Positions 31,265-39,973 of a stretch of 64,000 bases of DNA are shown here, one piece after another. Numbering within the stretch: position 1 is the first letter of the stretch; each line of letters starts with the position of its first letter. Source of the stretch: an uncultured Chloroflexia bacterium (GTDB taxonomy: Bacteria > Chloroflexota > Limnocylindria > Limnocylindrales > CSP1-4); assembly GCA_963752475.1 (NCBI GenBank), contig CAVVYR010000029.1, forward strand, positions 160,001 through 224,000, given 5' to 3'. A model generated the notes under the pieces. The model had not been told where the DNA came from and made no database searches. It was given only the letters and a program-made list of their open reading frames with translations. The position numbers and the translations under genes are program-made.

Positions 31265-31783
31265 CTATTCCGTCTTCGTGCGGGTGGACGTCTTCTTGTG
31301 CGTCGTGGCCGTGTCCGATTTCGATGCAGCCGCCGCTGGTCGCCGCGCTGTGGTCGGCTTCCTGGTACCCGCTGAGGCTGCGGCCTTCTTGGCTGCTGGT
31401 GGCTTGACCGTGGCCGCCGGCTTGCTGGCAACAGCGGGCGTCCTGGCTGCGGTCTTCCTGGCCGGTGCCTTGGCTCCCGCAGCATCGGACGTGGCCGGCT
31501 CGTCCGCCTTGCCCTTCGGATCCGCGGCGCCCTTGGCCTTGGAGTCGGAGGCCGTGTCCTTCTTCCCGGCGGCGTCCTTCCCGGCGGCGTCGGCCTTCTC
31601 GGCCTCGGCCAGCTGGGCGCGGATCTCGTCGGCGATGATCGAGAGCGCGTCGACACGTGCTTGTGCCCGGTCGCGCTTGGCGGCGGCCTTGCCCAGATCG
31701 GCCTGAGCTGCGCGCAGCTGCTTGCGCAAGGACTTGGGCTTGGGGGTGCGCTTGTCCTTGGCGCGGGCCTTCTTCTTGCCCAT
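31265..31783 (-). CDS. Basic Lys/Ala-rich histone H1-like (AlgP/Hc2-like architecture) protein
   Basis: Basic N-terminus, central coiled-coil-like helix, C-terminal K/A/P/T low-complexity tail (KAPARK, KPAA, AAKKAA); AAGGG RBS-like site; TACAAT upstream. Confidence 0.75.
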   Translation of the reverse strand: MGKKKARAKDKRTPKPKSLRKQLRAAQADLGKAAAKRDRAQARVDALSIIADEIRAQLAEAEKADAAGKDAAGKKDTASDSKAKGAADPKGKADEPATSDAAGAKAPARKTAARTPAVASKPAATVKPPAAKKAAASAGTRKPTTARRPAAAASKSDTATTHKKTSTRTKTE

Positions 31784-31853
31784 GGGTGTCCCTTTCACTC
31801 CCGCGTAGGCGGGTCGTCATTGTACGGACTCAGCGCCGGTCCTCGTATGCGCC

Positions 31854-31897
31854 GTTAACCAAGCGTTAACGAACGAGCAACCGGCTGTTCACGACGG
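31854..31897 (+). promoter_or_regulatory. PHO-box-like array of four 11-bp direct-repeat units
   Basis: GTTAACCAAGC / GTTAACGAACG / AGCAACCGGCT / GTTCACGACGG at exact 11-bp spacing upstream of pstS. Confidence 0.75.
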
Positions 31898-31975
31898 GCC
31901 TCGAAGGTAGGCCCGTAGAAACAGAAGCCTGGGACGGCTCTACACCCAGGCAACCAGGAGGGAAGAGTTCCTGCC

Positions 31976-33025
31976 ATGCGCAACACCAAGCGCCTAGGCG
32001 CAGCCGTCATCGGCACCGCCGTCCTCTCGACCAGCCTCGCCGGCAGTGCTCTGGGGCAAGACGTGGAAGGCTTCGTCGACATCTCGGGCTCCTCGACGGT
32101 CGAGCCCGTCTCGCTGCTCGTAGCCGAAGAGTTCAACTTCATGAACCCCAACTGGACGTACGTCGTCAACGGCCCGGGCACCACTGCCGGCTTCGAACAG
32201 TTCTGCAACGGCGAGACGGACATCAGCGACGCCTCGCGCAGCATCAAGGACAGCGAGATCGAGAACTGTGCCGCCAATGGCATCAGCCCGGTCGAGCTGA
32301 AGATCGGCATCGACGGCCTGGCGGTCATCGTCAGCACCCAGAACGACAGCCTCGAGTGCCTCAACTTCACGGACCTCTACGCCATCTTCGGGGTGGAGTC
32401 CGACGACGTGCGCACGTGGGAGGAGGCCGCAGCCTTCGCTGCCGAGCTGGGCTCCGAGACGAGCAGCTGGCCCAGTGGCGACATCGCCATCACGGCACCG
32501 GGCGACGAGTCCGGCACCTGGGGCTCCTTCATCGAGATCGCCCTCGAGGACCTGCAGGATGCACGCGCCGAAGCCGGCAACGCGGCCGCCGCGGGCGAGC
32601 CCTATACGCGCCAGCCCGGTGACATCTACGTGGCCTCCCCCAACGACAACGTCATCATCGACGGCGTCGGCGGCAATCCCAACGGTATCGGCTTCGTGGG
32701 CTACGCCTACGCTGTCAACAACAGCGACCGTGTGCGCATGATCCCCATCGACGGTGGCGACGGCCAGTGCATCGCTCCCAACGAGGAGACCGTCGCGGCC
32801 AACACCTACCCCATCGCCCGAGACCTGTTCATCTACCCCGCGCAGGGTCGGGTCGATCCCGCGTCCGAGTCCTACAACCCGGCGCTGGCTCCGTTCGTCG
32901 ACTTCTACGTGACCCCCGAAGGCCAGGAGCTCGTGTCGGTCGCCGGCTACGTGCCGCTGGCTGAGGACGCCCTCGCCGAGACCCAGGCTGCCTGGGAAGC
33001 GGCCAAGGCCGAGGTCGGCGCGTAG
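31976..33025 (+). CDS. pstS: Phosphate ABC transporter substrate-binding protein
   Basis: ISGSSTVEP, GTTAGFEQFC, DISDASR, ESGT, YPIARDLFIY; signal peptide; first gene of pstCAB-phoU. Confidence 0.93.
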   Translation: MRNTKRLGAAVIGTAVLSTSLAGSALGQDVEGFVDISGSSTVEPVSLLVAEEFNFMNPNWTYVVNGPGTTAGFEQFCNGETDISDASRSIKDSEIENCAANGISPVELKIGIDGLAVIVSTQNDSLECLNFTDLYAIFGVESDDVRTWEEAAAFAAELGSETSSWPSGDIAITAPGDESGTWGSFIEIALEDLQDARAEAGNAAAAGEPYTRQPGDIYVASPNDNVIIDGVGGNPNGIGFVGYAYAVNNSDRVRMIPIDGGDGQCIAPNEETVAANTYPIARDLFIYPAQGRVDPASESYNPALAPFVDFYVTPEGQELVSVAGYVPLAEDALAETQAAWEAAKAEVGA

Positions 33026-33059
33026 CACCCCTCGAACCGCTTTCTCCCTGACGGCCGTT

Positions 33060-33095
33060 GGAGGACCGGACCCATGTCCCGGGGTCCGGTCCTCC
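33060..33095 (+). terminator. 14-bp stem-loop between pstS and pstC
   Basis: GGAGGACCGGACCC-N8-GGGTCCGGTCCTCC perfect inverted repeat. Confidence 0.65.
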
Positions 33096-33158
33096 GGCCA
33101 TTCCTGCGGTCGACCGTTCTACTAGCATCAGCAGTGCCGACATGACCGACGCGCGCAC

Positions 33159-34085
33159 ATGACCAACGACACCCGGATCACCATCGACGACCTGCGCGGC
33201 AGCGCCGCCCGACGTCGCCGCGAGGGCCTCATCCGCGCGGCCTTCTTCGTGGCAGCGGCCTTGGCCATCGTCATCTCGGTCGCGATCGTGCTCTCGCTGC
33301 TGGGCGATACGATCACCTTCCTGCAGGGCATCGAGCCAGGCGCTCTGCTGGCCGACGTCTGGCAACCGCGCAACGGCGAGTACGGACTTGCCACCATCAT
33401 CAGCGGCACGCTCGTCATCGCGCTCATCGCCATGATCGTGGCCACGCCCCTGGGCCTCGGTGCGGCCATCTACCTCGCTGAGTATGCCAGCCCGCGGATG
33501 CGCGGCTGGCTCAAGCCCATCCTCGAGATCCTGGCCACGATCCCCAGCGTGGTCCTCGGCTTCTTCGCCCTGACCGTCCTCTCGCCGGCCGTAGTCCAGC
33601 CGTTGTGCGGCAACTCCCTCCCCTTCACGCTCGCGAGCGCCGGTGTGGCCGTCGGCATCCTGGTCACGCCGCTGGTGGCCTCGATCTCCGAGGACGCGCT
33701 CTACGCGGTCCCCCAGAACCTGCGCGAGGCCTCCTACGGGCTCGGCGCCACCAAGCGCACCACCAGCCTGCGCGTGGTGATGCCGGCAGCGGTCAGCGGC
33801 ATCGTGGCCTCGCTCATCGTGGCCTTCAGCCGAGCCATCGGCGAGACCATGATCGTGGCCATCGCCGCGGGCGGTGTGGGTGGCGCGGTCTTCAGCATCA
33901 ACCCCTGCCTGCCCGGTCAGACCATGACCGGAGCCATGACCGTCATCGCCATCGGCTCCGACGCGGTCGGCGGCGGCGTCGCCTTCAACAGCCTCTTCTT
34001 CATCGGCCTGCTGCTGTTCTTCATGACGCTGGCGCTGAACACCATCAGCGAGATGTTCGTGCGACGCATGCGCAAGGGGTACTAG
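33159..34085 (+). CDS. pstC: Phosphate ABC transporter permease
   Basis: AIYLAEYA, IPSVVLG, LREASYGLGA, SRAIGETM. Confidence 0.95.
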   Translation: MTNDTRITIDDLRGSAARRRREGLIRAAFFVAAALAIVISVAIVLSLLGDTITFLQGIEPGALLADVWQPRNGEYGLATIISGTLVIALIAMIVATPLGLGAAIYLAEYASPRMRGWLKPILEILATIPSVVLGFFALTVLSPAVVQPLCGNSLPFTLASAGVAVGILVTPLVASISEDALYAVPQNLREASYGLGATKRTTSLRVVMPAAVSGIVASLIVAFSRAIGETMIVAIAAGGVGGAVFSINPCLPGQTMTGAMTVIAIGSDAVGGGVAFNSLFFIGLLLFFMTLALNTISEMFVRRMRKGY

Positions 34086-34088
34086 TCG

Positions 34089-35039
34089 ATGACCGCTGAG
34101 ACTCGCCCCCTGCCGCCACCGCGTTCGGCGACCGAGGCCGTAGAACAGGCGCTCACGGGCCACCGGCGTGACTGGCGCAGCGTCGTCTTCGAGCTGGCCC
34201 TGGTGGCCTCGCTGCTGGTCGCACTGGGCGTGCTCGTGTGGCTCATCACCGACATCTTCATCCGCGCCCTGCCGGTGTTCCAGGAACGCGGGCTGGTGGA
34301 CTTTCTCACCGGGCCCATGTCCTCGAACCCACAGCGAGCAGGCATCGGCCCGGCCCTTTGGGGCTCGATCGTGCTGATGGTCTTCACCGCGGTCCTGGCC
34401 ATCCCCATCGGCATCGCGGCTGCGGTCTACCTCGAGGAGTACGCCAGCGACAATCGGCTCACGCGCATCATCAACACCACCGTTCGCAACCTCGCCGGCG
34501 TGCCGGCGGTGGTCTACGGCTTGCTGGGTATCGCCGTCTTCGTGGTCATCCTGCGGGACCTGACCGGCGGCCGCTCCATCATCAGCGGCGGCTTCACCCT
34601 GGCCATCGTGGTGCTGCCCATCGTCATCATCACCTCTGCCGAATCGCTGCGCGCGGTCCCGTCCTCCATCCGCGAGGCTGGCTACGGAGTGGGGGCCACC
34701 AAGTGGGAGGTCACCCGCTCCCATGTCCTGCCCTACGCCCTGCCCGGCATCCTGACCGGCACCATCCTGACCATCGGTCGCGCCTTCGGCGAGACCGCGC
34801 CCCTGCTGCTCGTGGGTGCGGTCACGGGTGGCTTCGCGGTCGCCGCCAACGCCTCGCTGTTGGAGCGATTGCAGGGTCCCTACACGGCGCTGCCGACGAT
34901 CATCTTCAGCTGGGCTCGGCAGCCCAGGGCCGAGTTCCGTGAGCTGACGGCCGCCGCCATCATCGTGCTGCTGGTGATGGTCCTGCTCATCAACGCGATC
35001 GCGATCATCCTCCGCAACCGCTACGCCAGAAAGTGGTAG
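34089..35039 (+). CDS. pstA: Phosphate ABC transporter permease
   Basis: [25 protein letters not shown]. Confidence 0.95.
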   Translation: MTAETRPLPPPRSATEAVEQALTGHRRDWRSVVFELALVASLLVALGVLVWLITDIFIRALPVFQERGLVDFLTGPMSSNPQRAGIGPALWGSIVLMVFTAVLAIPIGIAAAVYLEEYASDNRLTRIINTTVRNLAGVPAVVYGLLGIAVFVVILRDLTGGRSIISGGFTLAIVVLPIVIITSAESLRAVPSSIREAGYGVGATKWEVTRSHVLPYALPGILTGTILTIGRAFGETAPLLLVGAVTGGFAVAANASLLERLQGPYTALPTIIFSWARQPRAEFRELTAAAIIVLLVMVLLINAIAIILRNRYARKW

Positions 35040-35041
35040 AC

Positions 35042-35950
35042 ATGCCCAGTGAGACACCCACGATGACGACCGAACGACCGACACCGCGCGAAACACGGCC
35101 GACCTCCGCCATCCCGGCCAGCGACGGCACCGGCCCCTCGCTCAGTGTGGCCGGTGTGACCACCGCCTCGACCCAGCCGAGGGGCACGAAGAACGTCTTC
35201 GAGGTGCGCGACTTCAGCGCCTACTACGGCGACTTCCGCGCCATCCGTGATATCGACCTCGACATCGCTGAGAACCGCATCACCGCCTTCATCGGACCGT
35301 CGGGCTGCGGCAAGTCCACACTGCTGCGCTGCTTCAACCGCATGAACGATCTGGTGCCGGGGGCGCACATCTCGGGCCGGATCGGATATCACGGCATCGA
35401 CCTCTACGACAGCAAGGTCGACGCGGTCGAGGTGCGCCGGCGCATCGGTATGGTCTTCCAGAAGCCCAACCCCTTCCCCAAGTCGATCTACGACAACATC
35501 ACCTTCGGGCCCAAGATCGCCGGCTTCAAGGGCGACATGGAAGGGCTCGTGGAGTCCAGCCTTCGCCGCGCGGCCATCTGGGACGAGGTCAAGGACAAGC
35601 TCAAGGAGCCCGGCACCGCGCTCTCCGGCGGCCAGCAGCAGCGGCTGTGCATCGCCCGAGCCATCGCCGTCGAGCCCGACGTCATCCTCATGGACGAGCC
35701 CTGTTCGGCGCTCGATCCTGTGGCCACCCTCAAGATCGAGGAGTTGATGTTCGAGCTTCGCAAGGACTACACCATCGTCATCGTCACGCACAACATGCAG
35801 CAGGCCGCCCGCGCCTCCGACGAGACGGTGTTCCTGACGATGGGCGAGGACCGCGCCGGCTACCTCGTCGAGAAGGGCCCCACGGCCGAGATCTTCACCA
35901 ACCCCAAGAACCAGCTGACCGAGGACTACGTCTCCGGTCGCTTCGGTTGA
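35042..35950 (+). CDS. pstB: Phosphate ABC transporter ATP-binding protein
   Basis: [49 protein letters not shown]. Start uncertain (35033/35042/35063). Confidence 0.96.
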   Translation: MPSETPTMTTERPTPRETRPTSAIPASDGTGPSLSVAGVTTASTQPRGTKNVFEVRDFSAYYGDFRAIRDIDLDIAENRITAFIGPSGCGKSTLLRCFNRMNDLVPGAHISGRIGYHGIDLYDSKVDAVEVRRRIGMVFQKPNPFPKSIYDNITFGPKIAGFKGDMEGLVESSLRRAAIWDEVKDKLKEPGTALSGGQQQRLCIARAIAVEPDVILMDEPCSALDPVATLKIEELMFELRKDYTIVIVTHNMQQAARASDETVFLTMGEDRAGYLVEKGPTAEIFTNPKNQLTEDYVSGRFG

Positions 35951-35960
35951 GGAGGCTGTC

Positions 35961-36734
35961 ATGACCGACCCCACCGGCCGCCCGCCTGCCGACCCCGTCC
36001 CGCCGCCGGGCGAGGACGAGCCACAGGGCGAGCGCACCGACCTCGAGGTCCATCCTGCGGTCGAGGTCCCGCGCCCGTACACCCGCGAAGCCCTCGAATT
36101 GGAAGAGAGTCAGGTCAAGGACGGCATCCTGCGCATGGGTAGCCTTGTGGCCGAGCGCATCATCGCCGCCATCGTGGCGCTCGAGAACCACGACGCCGAC
36201 GCTGCGACCTGGGTCATCGAGAACGATCGTGACATCAACCAGTTGGAGCACGAGGTCTCCAACCTCATCACGCTGACCATCGCCACGCAGCAGCCGGTCG
36301 CACGCGACCTGCGCTTCCTGCTCACGCTGGCGCAGGTGGCCTACGACCTCGAGCGCATGGGCGACTACGCCGGCTCGGTGGCCAAGCAGGCGCGCAAGCT
36401 GGCGCCGAATCCGCCGCTCAAGGACTATGTCAACCTGCCTCGGATGGGCCGCCTGGCGGCCGCGCTCGTGCGTGACATCCTCGAGGCGGTCGTGGAGACC
36501 GATGCGGAGCGAGCCAAGGCCGTGGCGGCGCGTGACGACGACGTCGACGAGCTGTATCACGCGATCTTCGCCGAGGTCCTCGACCTCATGCGCGCCGACC
36601 CGGCCAACGTCGATCCCGGCATGCGCATCATCTTCGCCGCGCACTACCTCGAGCGGGTGGGTGACCGCGTGACCAACATCGCGGAGGATGTCGTCTTCCT
36701 CGCCACCGGCGAGGTCACGGAGCTCAACGAGTAG
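35961..36734 (+). CDS. phoU: Phosphate signalling protein PhoU
   Basis: QQPVARDLR, DLERMGD, DDDVD, LERVGDRVTNIAE. Confidence 0.96.
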   Translation: MTDPTGRPPADPVPPPGEDEPQGERTDLEVHPAVEVPRPYTREALELEESQVKDGILRMGSLVAERIIAAIVALENHDADAATWVIENDRDINQLEHEVSNLITLTIATQQPVARDLRFLLTLAQVAYDLERMGDYAGSVAKQARKLAPNPPLKDYVNLPRMGRLAAALVRDILEAVVETDAERAKAVAARDDDVDELYHAIFAEVLDLMRADPANVDPGMRIIFAAHYLERVGDRVTNIAEDVVFLATGEVTELNE

Positions 36735-37214
36735 ATGGCCGGCATCGACGTCGCGCCGGGTCACGACGACGGCGTGCCCAAGATCAGCGTGCTGTTCGTG
36801 TGTACGCACAACTCGGCCCGCTCGATCATGGCCGAGGCGCTGCTCCGCGCGAAGGGCGGCGAGGCCTACGAGGCATTCTCGGCCGGCACCGAGGCCACGG
36901 AGGTCCGGCCGTTGACGCTGAGGGTGCTCGAAGACGCCGGGGTGCCCACCGAGGGCCTGCGCTCCAAGTCGTTCGAGGAGTACCTGGGCCGCACCTTCGA
37001 CTACGTCATCACAGTCTGCGACTCGGCACGCCAGAGCTGTCCGGTCTTTCCCGGCGAGGGTGCCCGCTTCCACTGGGGCTATGACGACCCGTCTGTCGCC
37101 ACGGGCACCGAGGAGGAGCGCCTGGCTGCTTTCGAGCGAGTCTTCACCGCCATCAGCCAACGCATCGACCTCTTCATGAACGCGACCGACAAGCGCGCGA
37201 CGGCCGAACCCTAG
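36735..37214 (+). CDS. arsC: Arsenate reductase (LMW-PTPase fold, thioredoxin-type)
   Basis: CTHNSARS P-loop, VCDSARQSCP resolving cysteines, DDP. Confidence 0.85.
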   Translation: MAGIDVAPGHDDGVPKISVLFVCTHNSARSIMAEALLRAKGGEAYEAFSAGTEATEVRPLTLRVLEDAGVPTEGLRSKSFEEYLGRTFDYVITVCDSARQSCPVFPGEGARFHWGYDDPSVATGTEEERLAAFERVFTAISQRIDLFMNATDKRATAEP

Positions 37215-37303
37215 CTCTAGCCCTCTCCTTTCTGCACGTGCCCCTCCGGTTGCGAGGGGCTTCGGTCTTTCCCGGCGTCTGCGGACCTGCCACCCTAGGT
37301 CGC

Positions 37304-37813
37304 ATGCCCGACCAGCCAGCCGCCATCGGCGGCAACGTCCGTGTACATCTGCTGCGTCACGCCCACGCCGGCGATGCCTTCGAGTGGATCGGTGACGACG
37401 ACCTGCGGCCGCTGACCAAGAAGGGCCGGCGACAGGCCGAGCGCCTGGGCGCGTTCCTCGAGGCACACGCGGTGCGTCCCGACGTCATCTTCACCAGCCC
37501 CCTGGTGCGGGCGCGACAGACGGCGGAGATCGTGGCCGAGGCCCTGGGCATGACCATCAAGGTCGATCGGCGCCTGGGTAGTGGCTTCGGCCAGCGCGAG
37601 CTGTGGGCCCTGCTCGACGAAGCCGGCGCGCCCGAGATCCTGCTCGTAGGCCACGACCCCGATCTCTCGATGCTGCTGACCTACCTCATCGACGCCGCCG
37701 GCATGAGCATGAAGAAGGGCACACTGGCTACGGTCGACCTGCACACCAAGCTCGGAGACGGCGAGGGTGAGCTGCGCTGGCTGGTACCGCCGGACCTGCT
37801 GACGACAAGCTAG
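37304..37813 (+). CDS. sixA: SixA-like phosphohistidine phosphatase
   Basis: LLRHAHA, RPLTKKG, SPLVRARQTA, VGHDP. Confidence 0.85.
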   Translation: MPDQPAAIGGNVRVHLLRHAHAGDAFEWIGDDDLRPLTKKGRRQAERLGAFLEAHAVRPDVIFTSPLVRARQTAEIVAEALGMTIKVDRRLGSGFGQRELWALLDEAGAPEILLVGHDPDLSMLLTYLIDAAGMSMKKGTLATVDLHTKLGDGEGELRWLVPPDLLTTS

Positions 37814-38844
37814 GCGAAGGGCAGCGAGAAGCTGAAGGTCGAGCCTTCGCCTTCGCTGGACTCGAGCCAGATGGTGCCACCGTGGGCCTCCGCGATGTGT
37901 CGAGCGATCGACAGCCCCAGACCGGTCCCACCCTGGCCCCGGTGGCGTGCTCGGTCGACCTTGTAGAAGCGCTCGAACACGCGCCCCTGGTCCTCGGGCG
38001 CGATGCCGACCCCATGGTCGACGACAGAGACCACGGCCGAGTCGGGATGCTCGTCGACGGCCACCATGACCTCGCCACCATCAGGTGAGTACTTGATGGC
38101 GTTGTGCAGCAGGTTCAGCAGCAGCTGATCGAGGCGCTCCTCGTCGCCGCGCACCGGCGGCAGATCGTCAGGGACCCGCACGCTGAGGCTGACCCCCTGG
38201 CGATCGGCGAAGGTCTCGACGTGCCGCAGGCTGGCCTCGACGAGCGGACGCAGCTCGACCTCGTCACCGCGGACCTGCACGGCCGCATTCTCCATGCGCG
38301 AGAGGTCGAGCAGCTCGTTGATCATCTGCACCAGATGGCCGCTCTCGACGTCGATGGTGGCGACGCGCTCGCGGACACGATCAGGGACCTCGGCCTCGGC
38401 CAGCTCGTCGATGAGCATCTCGGTGAGCAGGCGGATGTTGGCCAGCGGTGTGCGCAGCTCGTGACTGAGGTCGTCGATGAGCTCGCTGCGGATGCGCCGC
38501 AGGCGCTGCAGTTCGGTCACGTCCTCGATCGTCACCCAGGCACCGCCACCGACCGCCGGCCGGGCCCACACGATGAGGCTGGCGCGGTCCGTCGCCTCCG
38601 GCTGATACGAGCCGCTCTGCCCCTGGCCGGCCGCGCGCACCAGCGCCTCGAGCCGATGGTCCACGAACGTCTGCATCACGGAACGCCCGAGCAGCGAACC
38701 GGGCCGACGCTCGAGCGCCTGGTGGGCCGCGACGTTGGCGATGCGGACCCGCAGGTCGGGACCGAACCGGATCAGCCCGATGGAGGCCTGGTCGGCGATC
38801 TCGACCATCTCCGCGGCGAGATGGTCGGGAAGGGCGTCTGGCAC
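37810..38844 (-). CDS. PhoR/SenX3-like histidine kinase (PAS-HisKA-HATPase) with no transmembrane segment
   Basis: SHELRTPL, NLLHNAIKY, DHGVGI, FERFYKVD, GTGLGL. Start GTG 38844 follows the regulator stop. Confidence 0.9.
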   Translation of the reverse strand: MPDALPDHLAAEMVEIADQASIGLIRFGPDLRVRIANVAAHQALERRPGSLLGRSVMQTFVDHRLEALVRAAGQGQSGSYQPEATDRASLIVWARPAVGGGAWVTIEDVTELQRLRRIRSELIDDLSHELRTPLANIRLLTEMLIDELAEAEVPDRVRERVATIDVESGHLVQMINELLDLSRMENAAVQVRGDEVELRPLVEASLRHVETFADRQGVSLSVRVPDDLPPVRGDEERLDQLLLNLLHNAIKYSPDGGEVMVAVDEHPDSAVVSVVDHGVGIAPEDQGRVFERFYKVDRARHRGQGGTGLGLSIARHIAEAHGGTIWLESSEGEGSTFSFSLPFA

Positions 38845-38851
38845 GAGCCTG

Positions 38852-39574
38852 TCAGTCCTCGGGCAGCCGCAGCACGTAGCCCACGCCGCGGACGGTCTGC
38901 AGGTACTGCGGCTGGCTGGGATCGGCCTCGATGGCCGAGCGTAGCCAGTGGACATGGACGTCCACCGTGCGCGTCTCGCCGGCATAGTCGTAGCCCCAGA
39001 CCTTCTCCAGCAGCTGATCGCGGCTGAAGACCTGTCCCGGATTGCGCACGAGGAAGGCCAGCAGCTCGAAGGCCTTGGGCTTGACCGACAGGTCGACCCC
39101 GTCACGTACCAGGCGGTGGCCGGCGAGATCGATGGTGACCGCATCGAGGTGGAGGAGCGCCGCATCAGGATCGGTGGTCGGCGAGGCCTCGGAGGTGGCC
39201 GCCGGAGCCGCGTCGAGCCGCCGCAGCTGTGCTCGGATGCGCGCCATCAACTCTCGCAGGCTGAAGGGCTTGGTGACGTAGTCATCGGCACCAAGCTCAA
39301 GGCCGACGACCTTGTCGATCTCGCCATCCTTGGCCGTGAGCATGATGATCGGCAGCGATGACTCGCGGCGCACGATGCGGCAGACCTCGATACCGCCCAC
39401 CTGCGGCAGCATGAGGTCGAGCAGCATCAGGTCGGGGTCGACCGCCCGGAACTGCTCCAGTGCTTCCTTGCCGTCCGCGGCGGTGACGACGTCGAGGCCG
39501 TCCTGCTCGAGGGCCTCGGCCAGCGTCTCGCGGAGCGTGGGCTCGTCATCGACGACGAGGATCGTGCGCGCCAA
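38852..39574 (-). CDS. OmpR/PhoB family response regulator (PhoB/RegX3-like)
   Basis: ILVVDDE, LLDLMLP, GADDYVTKPF, VWGYDY, RTVDVHV, TVRGVGY; TTG start. Confidence 0.92.
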   Translation of the reverse strand: MARTILVVDDEPTLRETLAEALEQDGLDVVTAADGKEALEQFRAVDPDLMLLDLMLPQVGGIEVCRIVRRESSLPIIMLTAKDGEIDKVVGLELGADDYVTKPFSLRELMARIRAQLRRLDAAPAATSEASPTTDPDAALLHLDAVTIDLAGHRLVRDGVDLSVKPKAFELLAFLVRNPGQVFSRDQLLEKVWGYDYAGETRTVDVHVHWLRSAIEADPSQPQYLQTVRGVGYVLRLPED

Positions 39575-39576
39575 CG

Positions 39577-39972
39577 TCAGTCGTCGAGCCGCTCGACCGG
39601 GCTCGGCGCCCGCATCCACCACTCACGGAAGTCGCAGCAACGGCCGTCATCGTCGAAGCGGCAGACGAAGATGTTGCTGAAGTCCTCGCGTCCCGCCTCG
39701 CGAAAGTAACGCGTGGAGCCCACGCCCACACAGACCTGGCCCTCGATGGCGAGGGGCTCGTACGCGGCCTCCCAATCGAGCTCGGGCTCGTATGCGGCTT
39801 CCAGCCAGTCCTTGACCACGGCCTCACGACCATCGACGACCGACTGTCCACCGGTCTGGCTGTAGGTCACGTCCTCGCTGAAGAGGTCACCGATCTCGTC
39901 TGCATCGCCGCTACGCCAGGCCGCGATGTAGCGGTCCAGCCAGCTCGCGAAGTCGTCGCGCGTCAGGGTCAT
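39577..39972 (-). CDS. SnoaL-like / NTF2 family protein
   Basis: YIAAWRSGDADEIGDLFSEDVTY...FDDDGRC..FREWW. Confidence 0.82.
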   Translation of the reverse strand: MTLTRDDFASWLDRYIAAWRSGDADEIGDLFSEDVTYSQTGGQSVVDGREAVVKDWLEAAYEPELDWEAAYEPLAIEGQVCVGVGSTRYFREAGREDFSNIFVCRFDDDGRCCDFREWWMRAPSPVERLDD

Positions 39973-39973
39973 G

